Shown one piece after another: positions 1 to 12,563 of a DNA stretch of 64,000 nucleotides. Source of the DNA: Paraspadella gotoi (Eukaryota > Animalia > Chaetognatha); the NCBI GenBank assembly GCA_051294375.1, contig CM119264.1, positions 21,952,681 through 22,016,680 on the forward strand, read 5' to 3'. The position numbers and the translations under genes were made by a program. The notes beneath the pieces were generated by a model. That model was not told where the DNA came from, made no database searches, and worked only from the letters and a program-made list of their open reading frames with translations. The first letter of the stretch is position 1, and every line of letters starts with the position of its first letter.

Positions 1-335
1 GAAAATATTCACAGGGAAAGAAAGACAAATGCGTTTCGCCACTTTTTTCCCTCGCGGATCTGCCTTCTCGATTAGCGGAAGTGGAGGGGGGAGTAAATGG
101 GGGAAGTGGCATCGGTGACGGGCGTCGGTGACGGCAGTGGCTCCTTTGGGGGTTGACGTCTTGACGTCGTTTTGTTCGGGTATTTATCAGTTTGTCTGTG
201 TTTTGTTTGTCTCTCTGTCTGTCCCTCTGTCTAAGTTTTACTCACAGAATCTGAAACGACCAAAGATCCTTTGGATGACCATGACCAGGACTTCCTCCCT
301 ATCAAATACCAGAGCTCTCTAGCCTCTTATATTAA

Positions 336-337
<2 letters not shown>

Positions 338-412
<75 letters not shown>
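338..412. repeat. (CT)n microsatellite, representative of dozens of CT/GA tracts in the window (e.g. ~2208-2282, 12457-12585, 13211-13298, 14298-14402, 29984-30082)
   Basis: Perfect dinucleotide runs read directly; they generate the SLSL/ERER ORFs in the track. Confidence 0.98.
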
Positions 413-415
<3 letters not shown>

Positions 416-709
416 TGGTTCATCCACCCATGACCCCCTTAACCCCGCTCTCGAACCGGGCCCTTCTGTCTCTCAGCCACCCTTGACCCCATTAACGCCT
501 CAAGCTTTCCACCCTCTCCCTCCAACCACCGACGCAAACCATAAGCCTCCTCATTTTCGAACCTTCTTTCATCTTTCACTCTCTCACACCTTTTCTCTTC
601 TTCGGTCTGGCGATTTTCCTAAAATCGACCCACGCAGGTTTGGCCGAAATAGCGGAGCCTTCGCCTGTTTTTGTTTTTCATTGATCTCGACGCACGAAAC
701 CTGTTTTCG

Positions 710-893
710 CCAACACTCGACGACCAGGTCTTCCAACACCCAACGACCAGGTCTTCCAACACTCGACGACCAGGTCTTCCAACACTCGACGACCAGGTCT
801 TCCAACACTCAACGACCAGGTCTTCCAACACTCAACGACCAGGTTTTTCAACACTCAACGACCAGGTCTTCCAATACTCGACAACCAGGTCTT
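710..893. repeat. Minisatellite, 8 head-to-tail copies of a 23-bp unit CCAACACTCGACGACCAGGTCTT
   Basis: Units start at 710, 733, 756, 779, 802, 825, 848 and 871, each with few substitutions; no spacers. Confidence 0.95.
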
Positions 894-1494
894 CGCAATG
901 AAGGCTATTCTGTCCCCCACCCACCTCCCCCCTCGAATTTCCCAAGTTGATCTTCTCATCGTCTGGTTCACTCACCCCTTCCGTCTCTCTATCACCTTTA
1001 ATCACTTCTCAGCCTCGTTCCATCCTATTCTCACAATACAATCCTCACCAACCTCACGCTGAGTTATAAGTTTCATATGTTATATATTTCTTACCTCTCT
1101 TTTTCAAACGGATCTAACCCTTAACAACATTAACTCCCCCCTCTAAGCGTAATTCTCTCTTTCCTATCCCCCTCTACCTCTCACGCCCTCAATCTCGCCA
1201 CCCAACCTCACCCACGACCCACCCAAGCCTTACCCCCGCCGATCAGCGCACCTGACGCGGTCGGTCTTTCCTCCATCGTCCTCGGTCGTCTCACGCTTTA
1301 TGGGCCGCGGCTTCGCCAACGTCGAACGAAGCCGCTCTTTTTTTCCCTTTCTCTTCTTCCGCCTCTTATATTTTCCTTTTCTTTTCCTTTTCTTTATATT
1401 TTTTTCTCCCTCGCTTTGTCTTTTGTCTTTTTCTTCTTTTTCTTCGTCTTTTCAGAAGATACCTCTTCTTTTGGATACATTCAAAAAAGTGTCC

Positions 1495-1550
1495 ATTCAA
1501 TTCAATTCAATTCAATTCAATTCAATTCAATTCAATTCAATTCAATTCAA
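1495..1550. repeat. (ATTCA)n pentanucleotide microsatellite
   Basis: About 11 copies read directly; a noisy complementary (TGAAT)n tract lies at ~57685-57755. Confidence 0.95.
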
Positions 1551-1713
1551 ATAGATTCAATAATTTTTTTATCTTCCTTTATTCTTCTCCTTTTTTTCCC
1601 TCTCATCTTCTTTTTATTATTTTCCAATTCTTTTCGGTTTCCGTATCAGAAATTTCCTCTTCAGGTTGCGAAACCATTCTTGGCTTCCAATTATATTCGC
1701 GGCGTTTTCCGAT

Positions 1714-1746
<33 letters not shown>

Positions 1747-1939
1747 NNNNNNNNNNNNNNNNNNNNNNNNNNNNNNNNNNNNNNNNNNNNNNNNNNNNNN
1801 NNNNNNNNNNNNNNNNNNNNNNNNNNNNNNNNNNNNNNNNNNNNNNNNNNNNNNNNNNNNNNNNNNNNNNNNNNNNNNNNNNNNNNNNNNNNNNNNNNNN
1901 NNNNNNNNNNNNNNNNNNNNNNNNNNNNNNNNNNNNNNN

Positions 1940-2203
1940 GCGCCGCAAGCTCCTGGCGCCTGGAGACGCTTCAAGGCGAGGAAGTTGTTGGCGGCACTTA
2001 AGCCACTTCCGATGCCGGGTCGTCGTGTTCCGGCGCCGGGCGACGCCGCCGTCATCGTCGCCATTATTCCCATTAAGCCGTCGGTGGCGCGACGAGCGAA
2101 GTTCCGGCCAAAGGAGGAGGTCATGATCTACATCCAAATTAGACGTCGGGTCTTCCGGCGATCCATTTCGGGCCGCCCCCCTCCTCTCTGCCTTTTTCTC
2201 CAC

Positions 2204-2287
<84 letters not shown>

Positions 2288-2790
2288 CCACAGCACCATT
2301 TCCGCTTAAAACCTATGTTTCATCATTATCATCACCATCAACGTCGTCGTTATCTTATTCGTTCTCGTCGCCTCTACTCATGATGTAGCGAAATAATGTA
2401 TTCAGGTCGCGAGCGGAATAAATTCCTAATGTAGACATAAAAAACCAGTCGTGTGTCCAACGACGAAACTCGATCCGTCGTGGCTGGGAGGAGGAAGAGG
2501 AAGAGGAAAAGTGACGAGGGACAAAAGAAAACGAGGTTCATCCTTAATTCTTGGAGGTAGGAAACAATAATACTGGACCAACGTGAACAAAAGAAATAGA
2601 AAGAAAGAAAAGAAATTAAAGAAAAAAAAGCAAACAAAGAATAAAAAAGAAAAAGAAAAGAAACTCGGACGAAACGATTTCTGTCGCGGGTTCTCTCGCC
2701 AAAACGTCGTTGACTGACCTCCGACGGATGCAAAAACCCTAACCCGCTTTTGGCACGAGTCCAGCGCTGAAATAGGACAGAATCTCTCTC

Positions 2791-2860
<70 letters not shown>

Positions 2861-3539
2861 CTCTTTCTCTCTCTCTCTCTCTTTCATTCTCTGTTTCTGC
2901 CCGGAAAGCTCTTCATCATGGTTAACTCAGTCACAATGCGACGGTTCTGATTTGCCCCTTTTATATTTCCGTCTTCAAGTGATATTTATGGTTGTGAATC
3001 TCCACCACGATTTTCCGCGCTTCTTTCCTCCTTCTCCTCTTTTCATCTTCTTTTTTCTTTCCTCCCTCTTCTTATTTCCTCCCTCTACTCTCCTCTTCCC
3101 TATTCTCTTCTGCACGTTCAATCGTCACTGATCCCCCCGGCCGCCCGACGCCGCCCGACGCCGCCCGACGCCGGTCACCACTTCCCGCCACTTCGCTCAC
3201 GCCGCTCTCTGGGTCAATCGTGTGACGCCATTGCATTACGCCAGTCTCAATCACTTTTAAAGGCGGCTGTCCTCTCTAAAGCCAGACACTAATTCACTAG
3301 TTTTTGTTTCCTTATGACACGCCATCTCTGCCATCTCTGCCACTGATTGCCACTCCCCCCTTTCGCCATTTCGATCACTCTCTCTCTCTCCGTCACTCTC
3401 CGTCGACGGATGGCCTCCGGTTCTCACTTAGAAAGTTTGTCTCGATGGTCGTCGAGGGACGACGGTGGAACTTATCGCCAAAAGGGGGGGGCGNNNNNNN
3501 NNNNNNNNNNNNNNNNNNCCTCTTTCTCCTCCTCTCTCT

Positions 3540-3577
<38 letters not shown>

Positions 3578-3925
3578 CTCCCATCCACCCAAACGGTCTT
3601 GTTTTCCTCTTCCGCGGACGGCCTTCGAGATCTCGCGCCGCAAGCTCCTGGCGCCTGGAGACGCTTCAGGCGAGGAAGTTGTTGGCGGCACTTAAGGCAC
3701 TTCCGATGCCGGGTCGTGCCGTGTTCCGGCGCCGGGCGACGCCGCCGTCATCGTCGCCAATTATTCCCATTTAAGCCGTCGTGTGGCGCGACGAGGCGAA
3801 GAGGTTCCGGCCAAAGAGAGAGGTCATGACTAGCATCACATTCTCGGGTCTATGCGACACACATTCGCGGGTGGGACACGTTCCCGCCTCCTCTCTGCCC
3901 TCCACCTTGTCTCCCCTCTGTCTCT

Positions 3926-4000
<75 letters not shown>

Positions 4001-4516
4001 ATCATCCACAGCACCATTTCCGGCTTAAACGCTAGTGTTCAATCATTATCATAACGCGATAAATGTCGTGTTATCTTATTCGTTCTCGTCGCCTCTTACT
4101 CATGGATGTAGCGAAATAATGTATTCAGGTCGCTAGAGCGGATAAATTCCTATATGTAGACATAAAAAACCAGCCGTGTGTCCAACGACGAAACTCGATC
4201 CGTCGTGGCTGGGAGGAGGAAGAGGAGAGGAAAAGTGACGAGGGACCAAAGAAAACGAGGTTCATCCTTAATTCTTGGAGGTAGGAAACAATAATACTGG
4301 ACCAACGTGAACAAAAGAAATAGAAAGAAGAAAAGAAATTAAAGAAAAAAAAGCCAAACAAAAGAATAAAAAAAGAAAAAGAAAAGAAAACTCGGACGAA
4401 ACGAATTTTCTGTCGCGGGTTCTCTCGCCAAAACGTCGTTGACTGACCTCCGACGGATGCAAAAACCCTACCCGTTTTGGCGAGCCAGCGTGAAATAGGA
4501 CAGAATCTCTCTCTCA

Positions 4517-4607
<91 letters not shown>

Positions 4608-5219
4608 ATTCTCTGTTTCTGCCCGGAAAGCTCTTCATCATGGTTAACTCAGTCACAATGCGACGGTTCTGATTTGCCCCTTTTATATTTTCCGTCTTCA
4701 AGTGATATTTATGGTTGTGAATCTCCACCACGATTTTCCGCGCTTTCTTTCCTCCTTCTCCTCTTTTCATCTTCTTTTTTCTTTCCTCCCTCTTCTTATT
4801 TCCTCCCTCTACTCTCCTCTTCCCTATTCTCTTCTGCACGTTCAATCGTCACTGATCCCCCGGGCCGCCCGACGCCGCCCGACGCCGCCCGACGCCGGTC
4901 ACCACTTCCCGCCACTTCGCTCACGCCGCTCTCTGGGTCAATCGTGTGACGCCATTGCATTACGCCAGTTCTCAATCACTTTTAAAGGCGGCTGTCTCTC
5001 TCTAAAGCCAGACACTAATTCACTAGTTTTTGTTTCCTTATGACACGCCATCTCTGCCATCTCTGCCACTGATTGCCACTCCCCCCTTTCGCCATTTCGA
5101 TCACTCTCTCTCTCTCCGTCACTCTCCGTCGACGGATGGCCTCCGGTTCTCACTTAGAAAGTTTTGTCTCGATGGTCGTCGAGGGACGAACGGTGGAACT
5201 TATCGCCAAAAGGGGGGCG
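1940..5219 (+). repeat. Direct duplication of ~1.55 kb (copy 1 1940-3493, copy 2 3635-5219) around a 25-N gap; probable assembly artefact
   Basis: Both copies run from GCGCCGCAAGCTCCTGG to TATCGCCAAAAGGGGGG(GG)CG and differ mostly by single-base indels; the gap at 3494-3518 is exactly 25 N. Confidence 0.9.
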
Positions 5220-5402
5220 GGTGAATGGATGGATGGATGATGGATGGATGGATGGATGGATAGGGATAAGAAAGACGCGGATGCCAGCCAATCGCCGACT
5301 CACACTTGGCTAAGATGTCCAATGTCCAGTCATCATACGGAATAGGGGGAGAGACAGAGACAGAGACAGAGAAGGAGAGAGAGAAGAGAGGAGAGAGACG
5401 AG

Positions 5403-5440
<38 letters not shown>

Positions 5441-6417
5441 GCAGAAGAATATTGGAGGGAGGTGAAAACTAAGATGTTGGGTGGCAAAGAAAATTGAATA
5501 ATTCGATTTCGCCAACAAGGAAAACATTCGAATGCAATTATAAATGATAAAAGAAAAATAAAAAAAAGATAAAATTGCCATATGTCAAATCTAACAAACG
5601 AAGAAGGAAAAAGAAAGAAAAGAATACAAAGTGAGGAGTCAAAAAAATTGTCAAACATGAATAAAAGTAATTATAAATGTAACAGAAATAATTAAAAAGA
5701 ATTAATCAGAATCAAATAATTGCAATCGGGAACAAAAAAATTATTTGAATGATCGAACAAGGATATTTAGATGTAAGATAGTTTGATTAACTAGTATAAA
5801 AAATATTTGTTCATATTGTCTCGGGAACAGAGTAGTAAAATTCAATATATTTGTAGTAATATTCTTATAAAATAATAAATTTTAAAAATATTTTTTTCTA
5901 AACTTTAATAAAGATTCAGATTCTTCATAAAAAGTTAAATCAAAAATATGAAACATGTTATCAAAAATTCTGTCATTTTCAGCATTTAAAATAAGGAAAA
6001 AAGTTGAAAATTTATAACTTTTTTATTCTCTGTAGTAGAAATTTATATATGTTAAAACGTTTTAGTCTTTTTTGCGTTCTAAACATTAGAATATCATATA
6101 ACATATTTTATAAAAGTTTCTTAGTTTTTTACGGCGAACCCAAATCTGTTCTTAATTTACTATACTGTTGAGCTAAAACAAATTTTAAAATAATTAAAAA
6201 TTTGTTAATTGTATGTCCATAGGCAGCAAAAAAATAATGTTCAATCGCTCAATATTTTCATCACTCCACCCTAATGTACATTGTACAATCAGTTCCTGTG
6301 GATTTGAAATTTATATTTTTTTATATTTTTACAAAAAAAAGGGAAAGCAAAAATTGAAAGAGTCTCGTGACAGGCCAAGTCAAGCATCATCCACGATCCA
6401 TTTCCCCGTCACGTCTT

Positions 6418-6487
<70 letters not shown>

Positions 6488-6652
6488 TCACTCTATCGCT
6501 ATTTACATTTCCTTCAATTTTTTTCGTGATATTTACTTTTTATATTTTTTTTTGCCAGCCACAGATCTTCATTGAAGTGGCATATTGATCCGAACCCCAA
6601 CAAATAATTCAGTAGGAACCTTTTTATTTTCTTTTATTTATTTCTCACTCTT

Positions 6653-6704
<52 letters not shown>

Positions 6705-6874
6705 TCTCTTAACTTCTATCATAACATCTCATCTCATCGACATTGGCCATGCATTTAGCCGGGGATTAACATTTGAAGACAATTAGGGAGAGAAAGATAT
6801 AGATATATAAATATATACATTATATATATATAATATATATATTTATTTATATATTATATAATATATATACATAT

Positions 6875-6917
<43 letters not shown>

Positions 6918-6954
6918 AAAAGAGGATAGTAGATAATTCGGATGTAGATCATGC

Positions 6955-7590
6955 TAGAGCCAAACTTCGTCAATGGGGTGGGCTCAAAGTTTGATTTGGG
7001 AACCTTTCCAAATGAAAATTCATACATTTCTGAGAAAACTTTCAATGGAGCAAAATTTTCTAAAATGGCAAGAAGCATTAGTAATTAATTTTTTAATATT
7101 TATTAAGATAGGAAATGTCAAAAAATTTTTTTTTGAATTTTTATTTTTAAAAGCAGATTCAATAGCTATGAAAAGTTATCTACGCAAAGTATAATTATTT
7201 TTCCAATATTTTTGATGATAAGTGGGTTTAAATTGAGAAAAACTTTAAAAAATCATCATCATCATCATCATCCGATGATTTTTAGCAGTTTTTACTAATT
7301 TTTTAGTAATAAAACATCAAAATTTTAAAAAGTTGTAATTATATTTTTTGCTTAACTTTTTAAGCTCTATCAGAATCAATTAAAAAAATTTCAAATATCC
7401 CAAAAAAAATTTTGACATTATATAGCAATATTATAATATTAATTAGCGAATTACTCATGTTTGGAACATTTTTGCAAAAAAATATTTTAACACAATAATT
7501 AATACCAATAATGGATTAGTTTAATGCTGTTCCCATTAAAATTTGAATTTGGTCGGCTACCGCTAATCATGCGCTTAGTTTTTGGCAGCT
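6955..7590 (+). mobile_element. Degenerate interspersed repeat related to the DINE-1/HINE-like family, in opposite orientation to the 18-21 kb copies
   Basis: 7085-7285 is the reverse complement of ~19625-19790 (shared ATCATCATC tract and AAGTGGGT/ACCCACTT). 7545-7575 (rc ATTAGCGGTAGCCGACCAAAT) resembles the subterminal motif TTAGCGGTAAGCGGCAAAC at ~20570. Boundaries approximate. Confidence 0.55.
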
Positions 7591-7706
7591 AAAATCGTCT
7601 CACACGTTATGCTGACACTTTGGCCAAGACAACAACAACGACAACAACGAAAACAATGCCGATGGAAAAGATGACAATAAGTAAGAAGTATGTGAAATCG
7701 TGGTAA

Positions 7707-10179
7707 GACACAATGAAAAAATAACGTGGCGTTACTGTTCCGTGCATAAAAAAAAATTCACTGTTCAATATTATTATATTTCTTTTTATTTTTTGAAACA
7801 TTATAGTTTCATATGTCGATATCCAAAATATCAATGCAAAATCTTTTTTCGTTTTTTAGATATGACCAAATATAGGGTGAAAGATGATAATTTTTTTTAA
7901 AAAGTTACTTATTCATATTTATTCCTAGAATTGTAATAGAAAAAAATAAAAAAAAATAATAGTACCAATAGTTAGTGTTATGTCTCAAATAGATGGAAAA
8001 AAAACCTCATTTAAAAATTCGATCGGGAAGTGGGGTAACTAAGGCTTACTAATGGCATCCTCCACGCCGATTTTTTTAATTTTTTTTTATTTAATAAATT
8101 TGAAAGGGAAAAAAAAAATTCAGAATGCAGGTTGTATAAAGGGTACAGATAATCTGGACTTACTGACATGATAACCATGACCTTTTATATCTTGTAAAAT
8201 AGGGGCCAGTAAAGATATCTAAAAAATTCGATCATTAAGTCTGTGGATAAGGCGCTAAGTGGGCTGAAGATGACTATCCGTAACTTCTATAACCCCCTCT
8301 AGCAGACATGGAACGGGTCCTGGGCTTGGAACCAGGCTTGAGGGTTTGCCACGCCCCAAGGCGGCTTACGGCCGTCCTCACTCTTCCCGCAGGTAGGTAC
8401 CAGGTTGGGATTGAACACCGGTACCTAGTGGTCATGAGCTGATGGTTTTACTCAATGAGCCACCGGGTCAAAACTGAAAGAGTCATGCTTATAGGCGGGG
8501 TGAACCTAGGCAATGCCCGACTACAAGTTAGTCAATGAACCCTTTCTAATGGGCTATTACGAGAAATATTTTTTATTAATTAAAATGGATGATAGATAAT
8601 AGAATTAAATTCCTTGTGATGTCTTGCTTTGTCAAATATATTGCCAGTTATATAATTTTTTAAAACTTTATTATGATAAACAAGCATGTGTCAAGCTTTT
8701 AGTTTGCAGTTAAAGATAATGAAAAATGCTAATTTTTTTTCACAGAAAAGAAGGTAGATGTCCAGACTGTTTATATCAAGCTGAAAACATTTTTGTATTA
8801 TCATTTTTGATATTTAAAAAAACATTTTATCAAGCTACAACCTAAATTTTTGCTTGTTTTTTACTTTAACTTAAAAATATAAGCAGTTTTATGGAATAAA
8901 GAAAATTTTAATAATAATCAAAATGTAATTCAGTCTTTTCCTTTTTCAAATTACAAAAAAAAATAAAAAAATCATATGCCTTCATTGAAATTTTTAAAGC
9001 AAAAAACTGTTTATACTTTTAACTTTGATTTAAACAAAAGCTGTATAAAAATTTATGGATTTAATTTAATAAAACTTTTTTAGAAAGGTGTCCCATGAAT
9101 AGGGCTTTAATTTGATACCACACCCATCTTGCTAGCTCTTTTCTTTCAAAAGTTATTTAAAAAAATAACTTTTTTCAAACTACGCAGTACAAATCTTTGT
9201 TAAATAAAAATTTTGGCAAAGCGGGAGTATCTCACTTATTTCTATTGATACAATACTTAGATTTTAAAATAAAACTTGAAGAAAATTTTTTTGTCATTTA
9301 GAGACATATCACTTTCAGATTACCCATCATATAATAATTGATTTTATTTATTTCCCTAAAAAAAGCCTAATTAAAAAGTTGAAATTTTTTAAAATTATTG
9401 GAAAAAATTTTCTCTGACCTATGCTAATTGAGAATAATGGTTTTGCCATAGAAAATCAAATATTATAAAAATTAAAAAAATTAGCCTCTAGAAAAATTGA
9501 AAGGCTAGAGGCTGATTTTTTTAGAATTGCAAAATTTTTTTCCTAACTCAAAATCCATTATTCTCAAGTTTCAAAATATTTTTTTCCAAAATCATTCAAA
9601 CAATTTTTTTTTATTAATTTAAAATGTTTTTTATAGTTGTTTTTTGTTTGAAAGAATTGAAAAAAAGTGAAAAATATAGTAATTATAAGGTTTTTGGAAA
9701 TACCTCTAAAATATTAGATAATTAGATACAAGGGGAGTAAGCAGAAAAAACTTCCCATTCATAAAAAAAATTGAAATGAATTTGTCATATTGTTATTTAG
9801 ATTAATTGACTAATTACAAACATATTATTCATATAAATTGAGGAAATGATGGTCAAAAATATTCATCTTGGTCTCGGTTAACTATTAAGTTATCGTTAAA
9901 GTTTTGTTTAATAATATTAATATTTTTTTTTCATTTATAAAAGCAATGGTCTAAAATTTTGTAAGCGTTTCGAGCTATATTGCTTCATCTTTTTACTATT
10001 TTTGATCTAGTTAGCTTTTTTGTTAATGGTCAAGGGTTATGGTCAGACACACAGTAATGTCCAGTAGTGTAATCGCACATATTACCAAAAGTAATAATCA
10101 ATTAATTTGGCTCAGAAAACAATTTTAAAGGGACAAAATCAGCACGAGACAGTAACGCCACGTTATTTTTCATTGTGTC
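7707..10179. mobile_element. Non-autonomous DNA transposon, 2.47 kb, ~39-bp TIRs, 4-bp TSD GTAA; superfamily uncertain (Sola-like by G termini plus 4-bp TSD)
   Basis: Left TIR 7707-7745 GACACAATGAAAAAATAACGTGGCGTTACTGTTCCGTGC; right TIR 10142-10179 is its reverse complement with 2 mismatches and 1 indel. GTAA at 7703-7706 and 10180-10183. The interior is AT-rich and GAC-rich host sequence resumes on both sides. No transposase ORF seen. Confidence 0.85.
8290..8467 (-). mobile_element. tRNA-derived SINE-like element nested in the TIR element; tRNA-like head ~8396-8467
   Basis: Minus strand reads CCCGGTGGCTCATTGAGTAAAACCATCAGCTCATGACCACTAGGTACCGGTGTTCAATCCC: A-box-like TGGCTCATTGAG, B-box-like GTTCAATCC, anticodon-loop-like CTCATGA. 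It is a GC-rich island in AT-rich DNA; the tail end is approximate. Confidence 0.6.
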
Positions 10180-10634
10180 GTAAGAATGACAATAACGACG
10201 AAGAATCGTTAACAGCGACGACGACGACGGTGACGACTAGGCATGACAATGAGATTGGGAAGGGTCATAATGAGGACAAAATAACGAGATGGCGAGTGAA
10301 GATGCCGACAAAGACGATGAAAAGATACCTGACGACAACGACGAAAATGCACTGGAAGATGACGAATATTATAACGATGACAACAACGGGGAAAAGGAGA
10401 AGCCCAAGTTTTCAATTATTCGATAAAAAAAACTCAATGAGAAGCCAAGTAAGGAATTCGGGAGCACGGAGGAAGGATGTAAGTCCGAGGGTGTAATGAA
10501 GGGGAAGGAAGGTTTTGGGGCGAGTATAGAAAGGGAGGGCAGAGTAAGTTTATTAATTTATTGATTACCTGGTTTTAAATAAGATTTATAAATTTGGATC
10601 ATATGGTGGACTAAAATCCACCAACCATTCATCA

Positions 10635-10707
10635 GCGGCCATTGGTGCCGGAGACAAGTCATTCGCCTCATAACTCAAAGGTCCCGGGGTCTAGCCTGGT
10701 GGCCGCC
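10635..10707 (+). pseudogene. Degenerate tRNA-Met(CAT)-like sequence (tRNA pseudogene or SINE head)
   Basis: Perfect 7-bp acceptor stem GCGGCCA/TGGCCGC enclosing 72 nt; anticodon loop CTCATAA (CAT at 10669-10671); AGGTC variable loop; T-stem CCCGG/CCTGG. The T-loop (GGTCTAG), D-arm and anticodon stem are degenerate. Confidence 0.6.
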
Positions 10708-12470
10708 TAGCAGTTAAGAGGGACGGGGCGCTTAACCCGCCAGTAACATGGTGTTACAGCCTGATCCGCAGCTAATGGACTGCTATATTGACTGTCACTA
10801 ACACATAACAATTATCACTGTCTCTTCAATTGCAAGAATTTAATTTTAAAGCTGATGCAAACTTTAAACGATTTAAACGATTGGTCTGCTTTTAAAACTT
10901 TAGTATTCATTAATTAAATCTAGAAATTCAAACAAGCTTGTTGGTTCTTTGAAACGAACAGCAATCCAGTTATAACTCGAGTTTTTTAAACGTCTATTTA
11001 AATTTTAAAACCACGAAGTTCGAAGTAATTGACTCGACTGAGGTACATAGAAAAAAAAACCGAGGGGGAGGGGGCGGCCTAAAAGCGCGGGAAAAACAAA
11101 ATTAATGGCGGCGGGACTTAATTAGCGTTTGACCTAATTGCGACGAGTCGTTGCGTCGACTCTTTTTGTTGTTAAAAATATTTTGCTATATTCAAAGATT
11201 AATTGATAACCGTACGCAAAGGGTCGCTTGCGGGGCAGGGTTGAAAAACGTTCATCTTCCCTCCAAAGTCTAGAGTTCGCGCCTCATCGAAAAACTTGAC
11301 ATTATCCGGTTCCATGAACAAATTATTCGTCAGTGCCAGTTGCAATTTGTCAGTTGGTGTCACATCAAACCAAAATGTAATCGCCTTACTGACTGGCGGA
11401 GCACAGCATCGTTGCGTGACGAAAGTCACTCCTTTCGCGTCACAAAACGACCTTTAACTTGACGATTTTCTCTCTTTCTCTCACTCTCACTCTCTCTCTC
11501 TCTTTCTCTCTCTCTCTCTGACTATTTCCACGCATTTTCTCACATAAACACATTTGCGTTTCTCGTTACGAATCGACGAAGCGAAATCCATATTCATGTT
11601 TCATGTTTTTTATTCAAATCAGTAAAAAATACTTTTCTTTTCTAAACTTTTCTTGAGCGACGACGATAGGGACGACGACGACGACGACGAAGACGTCAAA
11701 CAGCAAAAACTCTCGCTTCAATGGACGTCATTAGCGTCAAGGCGTCAACGAAGAGAGAGAGAGAGACAATGTCTACAGAAGATCTGTTTCTCTTTTTTTC
11801 TTAAAAAATCTTAAAGTTTACATCTGTTCATAATGGAGAACGTTAAATATAAATATAATCAATTTTTTTTAAATTTAATTTATCACTTTACAAAATATTG
11901 ATTTTTTCATTGATCTCTTCCTTTCCTAAATAATAAAAAAAAAGATAAAATGTTTCCTCCGTCATCATTCGTCGCCTCACTACCAGAACTATTACTAGCA
12001 ATGTGAGTTTATGAGTTTATGAGTTTATGATTTTATGATCGTCGCTCAAAAATTAAGATTCGATTAAAAATAATCGTGGATTTGTTATAAGAAATTTTCA
12101 ACGCCCTCTGAAAAATGCGAAAGTAGAATTCTAATTTGAGCAAATATTTCCGAATTAAAATTCCTTTTTTTTTCATAATCTCATTCCACTGAATTCTCTT
12201 TTTTCAGTCGCTCTCAATTTTGCAAATTCGCTTCTCTCGATCTTTTCTTAGAAATTACCATAAGAATGAGGAGAAAGGGCGGGGGGGGGGGACGAAAAAA
12301 GAAGCTTCCGCCTTTGTTTCCGATTTTTTGGGCTGAATCGCTGATAGAATCTTTTCTGTCATGAAAACGGTAAAAAAGACGAAAGGGAGAAACTTTGTCT
12401 TATAAAAGCAGCCTTTAAGCAATTTCATTTTTAGTATGTCGTCGGCTAGTGGATAGAAGAGAGGAGAGAG

Positions 12471-12563
<93 letters not shown>

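Noticed and set aside
710-893. CRISPR-like array
   Set aside because: Units are contiguous with no unique spacers, there are no cas genes, and the context is eukaryotic.
7709-10177. Transib/RAG-like element with CACAATG termini
   Set aside because: The flanking 5-mers differ (TAAGA vs TCGTA); the inverted repeat extends 2 bp further and gives a 4-bp TSD instead.
10635-10707. Functional tRNA-Met gene
   Set aside because: The T-loop lacks TTCRA, and the D and anticodon stems do not pair properly.
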